From contig BK006949.2 of the NCBI GenBank assembly GCA_000146045.2, positions 768,001 through 832,000 on the forward strand: DNA of 64,000 bases, in the 5' to 3' direction. Below, piece after piece: positions 1-10,582 of this stretch. A program made the position numbers and the translations under genes. The DNA is from TPA_inf: Saccharomyces. Taxonomy: Eukaryota. Positions within the stretch are counted from its first letter, which is position 1. The number at the start of each line of letters is the position of its first letter. The notes under the pieces were generated by a model. That model saw nothing but the letters and a program-made list of their open reading frames with translations, did no database searches and was not told the DNA's origin.

Positions 1-990
1 TCTTTAGTTAACTGGGAATCTACAAAAACAGTGCTAAATAAGAGGCTAGATTTCCTTTTGAGTAGTAGACCCACAGCCGTTAATTTATCAAATTCTCTTG
101 TAGAGATAAAGAACATACTGAAATCCTCAAGTGACCTAAAGGCTTTTGACGGTAGTTTATATAATTACGTCTGTGAATTGATAGATGAGGATTTGGCGAA
201 TAACATGAAAATGGGTGATAATGGAGCTAAGTATTTGATTGACGTGTTACAAAAGGACGGTTTCAAGGACGAATTTGCCGTTCTGACGATTTGTAATACT
301 GGATCCTTAGCAACCTCTGGATATGGCACGGCTTTAGGTGTTATCCGTTCTTTGTGGAAGGATTCACTTGCTAAAACCGACAAGGCAGACTCGGGATTGG
401 ACAATGAAAAATGCCCGAGGATGGGCCATGTCTTCCCACTGGAAACTAGACCTTATAATCAAGGGTCAAGGCTAACAGCATACGAGCTAGTTTATGATAA
501 GATTCCATCAACTTTAATTACTGATAGTTCCATCGCGTATAGAATTAGAACTAGTCCAATTCCAATCAAAGCAGCATTTGTTGGAGCTGATAGAATTGTT
601 CGTAATGGGGATACAGCAAATAAAATTGGTACTTTACAACTTGCTGTAATTTGTAAGCAGTTCGGAATTAAGTTTTTTGTAGTAGCTCCCAAAACAACTA
701 TCGATAATGTAACCGAAACTGGCGATGACATTATTGTGGAAGAACGTAACCCTGAGGAATTCAAGGTTGTTACTGGTACAGTAATTAATCCTGAAAATGG
801 TTCCTTGATATTGAATGAGTCAGGAGAGCCAATCACTGGAAAGGTCGGTATTGCCCCTCTTGAAATCAATGTCTGGAATCCAGCCTTCGACATTACTCCA
901 CATGAGCTTATTGACGGAATTATCACAGAAGAAGGTGTATTTACCAAAAATTCCAGTGGTGAATTTCAACTGGAAAGCCTTTTCTAGATA
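1..990 (+). CDS. MRI1: Methylthioribose-1-phosphate isomerase (methionine salvage), 5'-truncated by window edge
   Basis: Frame 1 is open from base 1; ORF track 31..987 is the in-frame internal portion; eIF2B-like MTR-1-P isomerase sequence; synteny with tK(UUU)-CLB2-CLB5. Confidence 0.85.
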
Positions 991-1206
991 TCATTCTAAT
1001 TAGACTCTCGAAATAATTACTTTTGTACTGTAAAGGATAAAATTTCATATTGAGATGTAAGAATTATTTTTTTTTTTCATTCAATAAAAGGAACACATTA
1101 ATGTATATTGTCAGAACCTTGTAAGTCCAAAACACTATAACCAACTGATACAATATGTATTGTCTTTGTTTCTGCATATTTGTAAAACGTGCAAAAAAGT
1201 AAAGAA

Positions 1207-1302
1207 CTCCTCATAGGGGGCTCGAACCCCTGACATTTCGGTATCCTTGCTTAAGCAAATGCGCTTAAAAGCCGAACGCTCTACCAACTGAGCTAACAAG
1301 GA
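1207..1302 (-). tRNA. tK(UUU): tRNA-Lys (UUU) with ~23-nt intron
   Basis: Reverse complement reads TCCTTGTTAGCTCAGTTGGTAGAGCGTTCGGCTTTTAA-[intron]-CCGAAATGTCAGGGGTTCGAGCCCCCTATGAGGAG; A/B boxes present; anticodon loop CUUUUAA. Confidence 0.9.
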
Positions 1303-1318
1303 TGAGTTCTTCGGAGCG

Positions 1319-1659
1319 TGTTGTATCTCAAAATGAGATATGTCAGTATGACAATACGTCATCCTGAACGTTCATAAAACACATATGAAACAACCTTATA
1401 ACAAAACGAACAACATGAGACAAAACCCGTCCTTCCCTAGCTGAACTACCCAAAAGTATAAATGCCTGAACAATTAGTTTAGATCCGAGATTCCGCGTTT
1501 CCACCACTTAGTATGATTCATATTTTATATAGTATATAAGATAAGTAACATTCCGTGAATTAATCTGATAAACTGTTTTAACAACTGGTTACTTCCCTAA
1601 GACTGTTTATATTAGGATTGTCAAGACACTCCGGTATTACTCGAGCCCGTAATACAACA
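1319..1659 (+). mobile_element. Solo Ty3 LTR (sigma element), 341 bp
   Basis: Begins TGTTGTATCTCAAAATGAGATATGTCAG and ends CCGTAATACAACA (TGTTG...CAACA termini); flanked by 5-bp direct repeat GAGCG (1314-1318 and 1660-1664); 16 bp from the tRNA-Lys 5' end. Confidence 0.9.
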
Positions 1660-3652
1660 GAGCGTCCTTAATAAATATTTCTATAAATATTTGATGTTTA
1701 CCTTCCGAAAAAGGTACATTGCCAACCTTATTTGATAAATGTGTAAACTAAGATAAGTGTTGAGATCGGATTTTGATAAAGGCATTTGTTTGGGGTGTAT
1801 GAGTTGGGAAAAGAAACAACAATCATCTCTTGACCAGTTTTCCTACTACTAGTGTGTTATCATATAGCGTAAGAGTATGACATAGAGATTGAGAAACAGA
1901 AACTGAATCATAACGAACATCACAGAATTTACATTTCTACACAATTTTCAGAAAAAGTGGAGTGGTGATATATGCTTATTGTTCTACAAGTTCTCTTCAT
2001 GCGTTTTTGTTTATCTATCTTATTGAATTATTATCTTCATGCATTTATACTTATTAAATTCGATGAACATTTCATATTATTTTTATATGCTTCATAATTC
2101 ATGTTACTACGATCTATACAGAGTATTATCGTAATGTCTTACCTTTAGCTTGTCACTTAACACATGCACTGCATTTCGAAAAGATGCTTAAGCAAGTTTA
2201 TCATAATTTGGGAGTGTTCGGTGAATTTATACAGAAAGCCCCTCCAACGTCTTATTGATAATGTATATTTAGTTCATTTACCAAAATACTATCAATTCAT
2301 CAACCTCCAAGTGGTTTTGACTAAACAGCCCACAATTGACATATGTGACTGCTAAGCAGACCTTTCTTGAAGTAAATTTCAGGGAAACTAAGCTACGGCC
2401 TTTCCAAAATATGGGCAGGAACTGCTTAATCCTTTCCTTTTATTAGATAAGCACTTTAGTATTTTTGTTTTTCATGGCCTTATCCTACGTTATTGTCGTG
2501 AAAGAAATGGCAGAAATTTCTGTTGTACATAAATTACTAACTGCCTTACCTTGAAAACGGTTTTATTACAAAAATAGGGGTCAAGTGTTTTGTTATCCCT
2601 GTTGTTGTTGTTTTATAAGTCCTAATCTCGCTTGAATATCGCCCATATTCACACCCTGTTCTTGACCGTCTACTAAGGTGCCTTAGGGGGACTCAAACTT
2701 AAGATCGCCTTCTACGCGTTTTATGCTATGATCATTAGTGTTGATGCATCGGAAGTTTAAAAATTAAGTGCGAGTGCATTAGCACAGTGGAATTATTAGA
2801 ATGACCACTACTCCTTCTAATCAAACACGCGGAAATAGCCGCCAAAAGACAGATTTTATTCCAAATGCGGGTAACTATTTGTATAATATGTTTACATATT
2901 GAGCCCGTTTAGGAAAGTGCAAGTTCAAGGCACTAATCAAAAAAGGAGATTTGTAAATATAGCGACCGAATCAGGAAAAGGTCAACAACGAAGTTCGCGA
3001 TATGGATGAACTTCGGTGCCTGTCCCTCGAGGAAATAGCAAACTCGTTACAGCTAGCATCTCATAGCATGGGCATAGAGTTTCAGAAATTTTGCTCTTAA
3101 TGGAAAATATAACCTCTTTGGGGAAAAGAGAAATAGATCCTTTCTCAAAAATTTAGAAAGGAAAAAAAATCAAAATATAATAAAATAGATTTTTTTTAGG
3201 TTAATTTTTTGCCAATTTAGCTAGACTTTTGAAAAGATCCAAAAATTTACTAAAATTGAATCTTTCTGGTATTAATTTTGTCCTATACCTCAAGAAGTAA
3301 AGTATTCTCGAATTGATACTTCTGAAAAGCGAAAGAAATATAGCTAAAGGATACTGGTTATTTATTCTTTCTTTTTTTCTTTCTTTTTGATTGAGCCAGT
3401 GTATAATAAAAACCTACTGCGAGCTATTCAATAAATTGACATAGAATATCTGTTGAAGCGGTTCTTTGATTGAGCATCTGTTTTCCTTTTGTATTTTTGT
3501 CCTTTTAGATTCTTTTAACGACATTGGAGAAATTTTAATCATTGTATAAAAACTTCATTCGCTCGTTTGTCAGAAGTTTTTTTATAACTTGCTATTTCCT
3601 TCCAAGAAGCCTTTTATTGATTACCCCCTCTCTCTCTTCATTGATCTTATAG

Positions 3653-5128
3653 ATGTCCAACCCAATAGAAAACACAGAAAACTCACAGAATACTAGTTCA
3701 TCAAGGTTTTTGAGGAATGTACAAAGGTTGGCCTTAAACAATGTAACAAATACGACATTTCAAAAGAGTAATGCGAATAATCCAGCCCTAACAAATTTCA
3801 AATCTACACTAAACTCAGTAAAGAAGGAGGGAAGTCGGATTCCTCAATTTACTAGAGAAAGCGTATCAAGATCAACAGCCGCACAAGAGGAGAAAAGAAC
3901 CCTGAAAGAAAATGGTATCCAACTCCCCAAAAACAATCTTTTAGATGATAAAGAAAACCAAGACCCAAGTAGTCAGCAATTTGGTGCGCTAACTTCTATA
4001 AAGGAGGGGAGAGCTGAGCTGCCTGCAAATATAAGTTTACAAGAATCCTCCTCAGCGAAGGAGATAATCCAGCATGATCCCCTAAAAGGCGTTGGATCAA
4101 GCACTGAGGTAGTCCATAACTCGGTAGAAAACGAAAAACTTCATCCAGCTAGAAGTCAACTTCAAGTTAGAAATACCGAAAGTGAAACTGATAGTGGAAA
4201 AAAAAGACCAATTTCTACAATTGTTGAACAAGAACTGCCCAAAAAGTTTAAAGTGTGCGATGAAAATGGCAAAGAAGAATATGAATGGGAAGACCTAGAT
4301 GCAGAAGATGTAAATGATCCATTCATGGTCAGCGAGTACGTCAATGATATATTCGAATATCTCCACCAACTAGAGGTCATTACTCTTCCAAAGAAGGAAG
4401 ATCTCTATCAGCATAGAAATATTCATCAAAATCGAGATATCCTAGTTAATTGGTTGGTTAAAATCCATAATAAATTCGGCTTATTACCGGAGACTTTGTA
4501 TCTTGCCATTAACATAATGGACAGGTTTTTAGGTAAAGAGCTAGTTCAACTGGATAAGTTACAATTGGTTGGCACATCATGCCTTTTCATTGCCTCTAAA
4601 TATGAAGAGGTCTATTCTCCTAGTATAAAACATTTCGCATCAGAGACAGACGGTGCATGTACGGAAGATGAAATCAAAGAAGGGGAGAAATTCATTTTAA
4701 AGACATTGAAATTTAACCTAAATTATCCCAATCCGATGAATTTTCTGAGAAGAATTTCGAAAGCAGATGACTACGATATACAGTCTCGAACTCTTGCCAA
4801 ATTCTTATTAGAGATATCATTGGTAGATTTCAGATTTATTGGGATACTACCCTCATTGTGTGCAGCAGCTGCGATGTTTATGTCGAGAAAAATGTTAGGT
4901 AAAGGTAAATGGGATGGAAATCTAATACACTATAGCGGCGGGTATACTAAAGAAGAACTTGCGCCCGTGTGTCACATGATAATGGATTATCTAGTGAGTC
5001 CAATTGTTCATGATGAATTTCATAGAAAATATCAATCTAGAAGATTTATGAAAGCTTCTATAATTTCCGTCCAATGGGCTTTAAAGGTTAGAAAAAACGG
5101 CTATGATATAATGACCTTGCATGAATGA
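3653..5128 (+). CDS. CLB2: B-type mitotic cyclin (491 aa)
   Basis: 491-aa ORF with C-terminal cyclin box (LVNWLVKIHNKFGLLPETLYLAINIMDRFL), destruction-box-like RxxL motifs near the N-terminus; synteny. Confidence 0.92.
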   Translation: MSNPIENTENSQNTSSSRFLRNVQRLALNNVTNTTFQKSNANNPALTNFKSTLNSVKKEGSRIPQFTRESVSRSTAAQEEKRTLKENGIQLPKNNLLDDKENQDPSSQQFGALTSIKEGRAELPANISLQESSSAKEIIQHDPLKGVGSSTEVVHNSVENEKLHPARSQLQVRNTESETDSGKKRPISTIVEQELPKKFKVCDENGKEEYEWEDLDAEDVNDPFMVSEYVNDIFEYLHQLEVITLPKKEDLYQHRNIHQNRDILVNWLVKIHNKFGLLPETLYLAINIMDRFLGKELVQLDKLQLVGTSCLFIASKYEEVYSPSIKHFASETDGACTEDEIKEGEKFILKTLKFNLNYPNPMNFLRRISKADDYDIQSRTLAKFLLEISLVDFRFIGILPSLCAAAAMFMSRKMLGKGKWDGNLIHYSGGYTKEELAPVCHMIMDYLVSPIVHDEFHRKYQSRRFMKASIISVQWALKVRKNGYDIMTLHE

Positions 5129-5574
5129 GAAGAGGGGCAGATGCTTAAAATATCTAAAACGATAATCGATAAATGTCCATATAAAATGTATGGCTGCTTT
5201 TTAATCATTTCTTTTCACATTTCCATTTATTCTTACAAATTTCACACCCAATTTTAGCGCCTTTCATTCTGTTATTTTTAAACTGACGATAAAAAATCAT
5301 TCGAAGCCTAAGATTTCCAAAATAAAACTCCATTTTTATTCTCACTAATAACACCACACCATTAATTTTAATTTTTTAATTTTAATTTCAGATTTGTACC
5401 ATAAGTTTTATTCTATTTCAGTTCAACCGTTTCCGGATGCATGTAGCGAGGGTAGACAAAGAAAAGCATCAGTATCGGATGTTGATATTATGGGAAATAT
5501 CATAACCTTAGTCTCTTAAAAAATGCTGCTTTCTTCTCATTTTTCATTTCTTTTAAAATTATTTCAGTATAGTT

Positions 5575-5800
5575 ATTATAATTAACATTGGAATAACATT
5601 AATAATAATAATTTTTTAATAGTAATAATGATAATAATAATAATAAAAATAAAAGAATAAATTTAAAAACAAAAAAAATTCTAATATTAATGATGATAAT
5701 AGTAGTAATACTGGTGGTATTATATATGTTGAAGTGAACACGCATATCACTATAAACTATATATACATATATATAGATAGATAGATAGATGCAAAAAATT
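5575..5800. repeat. AT-rich low-complexity tract with (TAA)n/(ATA)n and (TAGA)4 microsatellites in the CLB2-CLB5 convergent 3' intergenic region
   Basis: aataataataat..., ataataataataataa, atagatagatagatagatg. Confidence 0.8.
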
Positions 5801-5874
5801 TTTTCCTTTTAGTTCAGCAAAAAGAAAAGAAAATGTAAAGAGTATGCGAATTCATGAGCATTACTAGTACTAAT

Positions 5875-7182
5875 CTACTTAAGATTAAATAGATTTTGAA
5901 AGTTGCTATGCATTTCGGATGTACACCACTTGAAAGTTTGGAAATAAACAGAGCCATACCTTGGTTTCTTGTACTTCAAAATCAATGAATCTAAATGAGT
6001 TTTGGAACTAGCGATGTCTTTGACTAGATCAATGCAGAGAGACTGAAACGCTTCATCGTGTATTGGATCGATACCACCACTGTAATGCTGTAGTGTTCCA
6101 TTCCATAGCTCGTTCTTGTTTCTGTTGGTCATTCTTCTCGCTATATACATTGCCATTGCGCTTACGGTAGATGGAGGTAAATGAATGAATTGGTGGCAGC
6201 AGTAGGCATACTCTAAAATAAACTTACCAATATTTCTATTAACCGGATCGTAATCATCTGCCTTGGAGATCCTCCTTAGGAAATTGAGTGGGTTGGGCCA
6301 ACCAATGTTGAATTCTAAGGAAGTGAGCATGAACATTTCCGCATTTTTTATGTCGTTTTTAGAAGCCGCGCCGTCAGTGATATAAGCGTATTCAGCTAGT
6401 TTGGGCAAATTTACCTCTTCAAATTTTGCCGCGATGAAAAGTGAGGTAACTGCCAATAATTGTAACTTGTTCATCGTAACTTTATTTTTAGCTAAAAATC
6501 TATCCATTAAGTTTATGGATAGGAATAACGTTTCCGGATAGCATTGAAATTTTTCGTGCACCTCTACCAGCCAATCCACTAATATTGTTCTCATGGAAGG
6601 CCTCAAATAATACTTGGACGTTTTGTCGAGTAAATAGTTGTGCGATGGTAACGTTTCTAATTCTCTTCTATATAAAAATGCAAAAATTTCAGCAGAATAT
6701 TCTGCTACCATTGCAGTATCATCTTTTTCAACATAATCTAGGTCCTGCCAGCCTACTATTTCACTCACTCCTTCAGCGTCTATTCTGCGTTTTTTGTTCA
6801 CTATCGAAGCAGCATCATCATCTTCTCCTTCTTCTTCTTCTTCTTCTTCTTGCTCTGCTGCCGTTCGATCGTTATATATCTGTCTTTTTTGAACGGCGCT
6901 AACAATAGGTCTAATGTTTTCTTCTCTTCGTACTTTGGCCGCCTTGCTCCCTGCTACTATTCTCTTGTTCTGGCTTAAAGGATTATTGTTCACTGGTACA
7001 TCTGTTAAAGCCCTTCTTGGTTTAGAATCCTGAACCTGCTGCTTACTAGAGCTGTCATTTTTTGAAAGGGCCCTTTTATTTTGAAGAATCTTTAGGTTTG
7101 AATTGCACAACTGCCTCTCATTTTCATTATAAATCATAGAATTTCTTTTAATACTCTGCTCATGGTCGTGGTTCTCTCCCAT
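5875..7182 (-). CDS. CLB5: S-phase B-type cyclin (435 aa)
   Basis: 435-aa ORF, cyclin box (LVDWLVEVHEKFQCYPETLFLSINLMDRFL), poly-Glu/Asp acidic tract; convergent with CLB2. Confidence 0.92.
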   Translation of the reverse strand: MGENHDHEQSIKRNSMIYNENERQLCNSNLKILQNKRALSKNDSSSKQQVQDSKPRRALTDVPVNNNPLSQNKRIVAGSKAAKVRREENIRPIVSAVQKRQIYNDRTAAEQEEEEEEEGEDDDAASIVNKKRRIDAEGVSEIVGWQDLDYVEKDDTAMVAEYSAEIFAFLYRRELETLPSHNYLLDKTSKYYLRPSMRTILVDWLVEVHEKFQCYPETLFLSINLMDRFLAKNKVTMNKLQLLAVTSLFIAAKFEEVNLPKLAEYAYITDGAASKNDIKNAEMFMLTSLEFNIGWPNPLNFLRRISKADDYDPVNRNIGKFILEYAYCCHQFIHLPPSTVSAMAMYIARRMTNRNKNELWNGTLQHYSGGIDPIHDEAFQSLCIDLVKDIASSKTHLDSLILKYKKPRYGSVYFQTFKWCTSEMHSNFQNLFNLK

Positions 7183-7504
7183 TGTTCAGTAAAGGTGTTC
7201 AGCGGCTTTAAATACAGGGAAAAGCGCGTTACTGCTAATTATTAAGCTTATTTTGCTTTGTGTGAGACAACTAATTGGCCGTGAAAAGCTTTAGGTGATT
7301 GAGTCTCTTGAAGTACAAAGACAAAAAGACTTCAATAGATAGACAGAAAAAAAACTTTTCTTGAGAAGCTTAAGAATTAGTTCCAAGTAGCTTCTAATAA
7401 ACCGATGAACGCAAATGAAGTTCCCTTCGCGGTAGATGGCAGTAGCTATCGGCAGTCACTAGGAAAAGTGAGTTTAGCACAGATATGCTGTGGGCGCTAT
7501 CCCA

Positions 7505-7600
7505 ATGTGGGCAAAGCGCGTGAACATCACGACGCGCCTTCCCGTTAAATTTTGTACCATCAAGGGCGCGTCTTCACTCGAGATGCGCGTTCTTTTGCTG
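7505..7600 (-). promoter_or_regulatory. Cluster of four MCB-like (MluI cell-cycle box, ACGCGT-core) motifs upstream of CLB5
   Basis: GCGCGT, GACGCGCC, GGCGCGTC, TGCGCGTT within about 90 bp, 320-420 bp upstream of the CLB5 ATG; CLB5 is a known MBF (Mbp1-Swi6) target. Confidence 0.6.
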
Positions 7601-7764
7601 GTTCTTTTCACTGAGGGCACAGAATATGATACCCACAGTATGACAAGTTTTAATCGAGATAGTTTGACGTTCGTTTTTTACTTTGAATATACTCGTAGTC
7701 TTTTTACTTTTTGAGTATAAAAAAAAAATGACTAGCAAAATAAAATTAGTAGTCTAAAAAAGAA

Positions 7765-7836
7765 AGCTCGCACTCAGGATCGAACTAAGGACCAACAGAT
7801 TTGCAATCTGCTGCGCTACCACTGCGCCATACGAGC
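7765..7836 (-). tRNA. tC(GCA): tRNA-Cys (GCA)
   Basis: Reverse complement GCTCGTATGGCGCAGTGGTAGCGCAGCAGATTGCAAATCTGTTGGTCCTTAGTTCGATCCTGAGTGCGAGCT; 72 nt, anticodon GCA. Confidence 0.9.
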
Positions 7837-8092
7837 TTTTGAATTATGGTAATTTTGATTATCCTAGAATGTTATATCTCAATATCTCAATATATTTTGG
7901 ACATCTATGAAACACCCATAAAGCAGCCGCTACCAAACAGACAAGATTCAGTATGTAAGGTAAATACCTTTTTGCACAGTTAAACTACCCAAACTTATTA
8001 AAGCTTGATAAATTACTGAAATTCCACCTTTCAGTTAGATTCAGGCCTCATATAGATTAGATATAGGGTACGTAACATTCTGTCAACCAAGT

Positions 8093-8415
8093 TGTTGGAA
8101 TGAAAGTCTAAAATGTCATCTATTCGGTAGCACTCATGTTACTAGTATACTGTCACATGCGGTGTAACGTGGGGACATAAAACAGACATCAAATATAATG
8201 GAAGCTGAAATGCAAAGATCGATAATGTAATAGGAATGAAACATATAAAACGAAAGGAGAAGTAATGGTAATATTAGTATGTAGAAATACCGATTCAATT
8301 TTGGGGATTCTTATATTCTCGAGAGAATTTCTAGTATAATCTGTATACATAATATTATAGGCTTTACCAACAATGGAATTTCGACAATTATCATATTATT
8401 CACCAATTAATCACA
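8093..8415 (+). mobile_element. Diverged solo delta (Ty1/Ty2-family LTR)
   Basis: Starts TGTTGGAATGAAAGTC; contains GGAAGCTGAAATGCAAAGATCGATAATGTAATAGGAATGAAACATATAAAACG...GTAGAAATACCGATTCAATTTTGGGGATTC...CAACAATGGAATTTCGACAATTATC, collinear with delta consensus; about 257 bp upstream of tRNA-Cys. Confidence 0.7.
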
Positions 8416-9111
8416 AGTTGGTAATGAGTTTGATAACAAGTTACTTTCTTAACAACGTTAGTATCGTCAAAACACTCGGTTTTACTCGAGCTTGTAGCAC
8501 AATAATACCGTGTAGAGTTCTGTATTGTTCTTCTTAGTGCTTGTATATGCTCATCCCGACCTTCCATTTTTTTTTTCTTGGAATCAGTACATAGCAGGTA
8601 TGAGTTGTTAGAGCTGTTACAAGTTACGGTAAACATTTCAACACACCGTTATTTAACGAATTTATTTGAGAAAGTGGTGTATTTTAAGATATATGTTTGG
8701 TTTCGATTGTTGGCAAAGACTATAATATTATGCATATAGGATATACCAAAAATTCTCTCTGAGGATATAGGAATCTACAAAATGAATCTACATTTCATTT
8801 TATTACGTCATATATGAATACTAGTCAATAGATGATAGTTAATTTTTATTCTAGCATATATTTAAGTTTGTTTGCGAAACCCTATGCTCTGTTGTTCGGA
8901 TTTGAAATTTTAAAACTACATTAATGTGTTAGTTTTTCTTTCTTTCTTTCTTTGTCTTGACGTGATTTGGACTTCTGTCTTGCATTCGCGTCCATTCATC
9001 TGACCCAATATTCCTTTTGGTTTTGTTATCCTTATAAAAAGAAAGGAAGCTTCTTAGAGGGAAAAAAATGATGAAGAGTAATGCCAAAATATAAATAAAT
9101 AAATAAATATG

Positions 9112-9566
9112 AAAATCATTTTCTATTTTTAATAGAATAAGAAGAGCATCTTAAGATTACAATTTCAAGAAATAGTTTACACAGTATATCCAATAACTCC
9201 AATAAACTACTTTCCTATACAAATTTCTATGGTGGGATTAATAGTAAAACTTCTGTACTTCTCTAATTCACCAAGAAATTAAGGTAAACATCTGGTAAGC
9301 ACTATCCAGCTTTTTGCTATTACACATATGGCTTTTCTGCAATCATTTCTTCCCATTTTGTCTCAAGCCGTTAGTCTTGAAACCACAGGCGGAGTAGAGT
9401 TACTTGATGCGGTATTTTACATGCCTTTTTTCACTGCAAAAAAAATGAAATACATATTTACACGATTTGCAGGACAGTTTACGATAGTGAGTATGCAGAA
9501 TAGTTAACACCTTTGTTTTATCCTTTTGTGTCTTAATTATATGATATAAAGGCGCCTGGCGTTATC
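9112..9566. repeat. Direct repeat copy A (~455 bp), partner at 13547-14006
   Basis: About 88-90% identical over ~450 bp to 13547-14006 (e.g. AATAGTTTACACAGTATATCCAATAACTCCAATAAACTACTTTCCTATACAAATTTC...GGTAAGCACTATCCA...TTTTCTGCAATCATTTCTTCCCA...CCTTTTGTGTCTT.ATTATAT.ATATAAA.G.GCCTGGCGTTA). Confidence 0.8.
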
Positions 9567-9859
9567 GGATAGTAATAGATGCTAGTTATCAACATTTCAC
9601 AATTGAAGGAAATAAAGTTGAAGTACTCAACAAAAACTTACTTCAGAATTAAATTTTTGGGGGGAACATAGGCATCCTATGACAGGTGACCACAAGCCCC
9701 TCAACGCAATCTAATATTTTACAAAGTGGTAAAATTCTTTCGTTCTTCGTTTTAATATACAGTCATTTATTGATTCTATTACATTAATATTCCTACGCTT
9801 CGGCTCACATAATTAACAGGACTTCGAGTCCGTTAAACTTGGGATCAACTAATTTCTAC

Positions 9860-10140
9860 GGATTAGTGCTTATGCCTGATGTACTGCCATATATGGTGTT
9901 ATGATATCACATAAATGACGAGAAACGGCCATCGAATTTAGTGGAAGCTGAAATGTAAGGATTAATAATGTAATAGGATAGTAAGTGCCGACGTGTGAAA
10001 CGAAAGAACGAATTGTAATTTTACCATGTAAAGCTGCCCACTCTTTTTTGGGGATTCCTTTACCTACGAGAGGGCCTGTTAGAATATATGCAATAAAGCC
10101 ATTCTTATCAGAGATAGACTCCAAACAACCACCTCAAAAC
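9860..10140 (+). mobile_element. Degenerate delta (Ty1/Ty2 LTR) fragment
   Basis: ATATGGTGTTATGATATCACATAAATGACGAGAAACGGCCATCGAATTTAGTGGAAGCTGAAATGTAAGGATTAATAATGTAATAGGATA matches delta ATATACGGTGTTAGAAGATGACGCAAATGATGAGAAATAGTCATCTAAATTAGTGGAAGCTGAAACGCAAGGATTGATAATGTAATAGGAT; boundaries approximate. Confidence 0.55.
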
Positions 10141-10582
10141 CCACTTTTTCCTCAAGTCTGCCTAAACTCAAAAATTATATGATAGATGTTCTCAGGAGAA
10201 TTGGGTATTCAGAAGAACATTCGTAAGACAGGCCAAAGTAATATGAACTGCCTCTGCTTAATGGAATAACGTGATTTTTGTACCAAATTGCCTATTTCAG
10301 ATTCGGCGTGCGCTTCCTTTATTCGCATAGCACGCAGAGTACAATGTGGCATTAAACCCTATTGTCCTGCACGGAAGATCCTTGCAGGAATCAAATACTG
10401 CCTTTCACTTTGCAACCTCTTAATCACATAGTAGCACCTATAGACACGTATTCTATTCTCTATTATAATGTTGTTCAAGATTGGATATTGGAAACCTTTA
10501 GAGCAGTGCAATTTGGCAAGAGATAATTCCAGTATTTAAACAGTGGATAAATATACAATTTCCAAAGCAGTATGCCTTTCCT

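Noticed and set aside
2560-2720. Locally GC-richer segment (GGTGCCTTAGGGGGACTCAAACTTAAGATCGCC) considered as a possible tRNA or snoRNA
   Set aside because: No cloverleaf, no A/B box and no C/D or H/ACA box pattern that I could fold by eye. It is left unassigned.
9112-9566. Whether the THI22-flanking repeats are LTRs of a novel retroelement
   Set aside because: They lack TG...CA termini. There is no adjacent PBS or PPT and no target-site duplication. I treat them as a segmental direct repeat instead.
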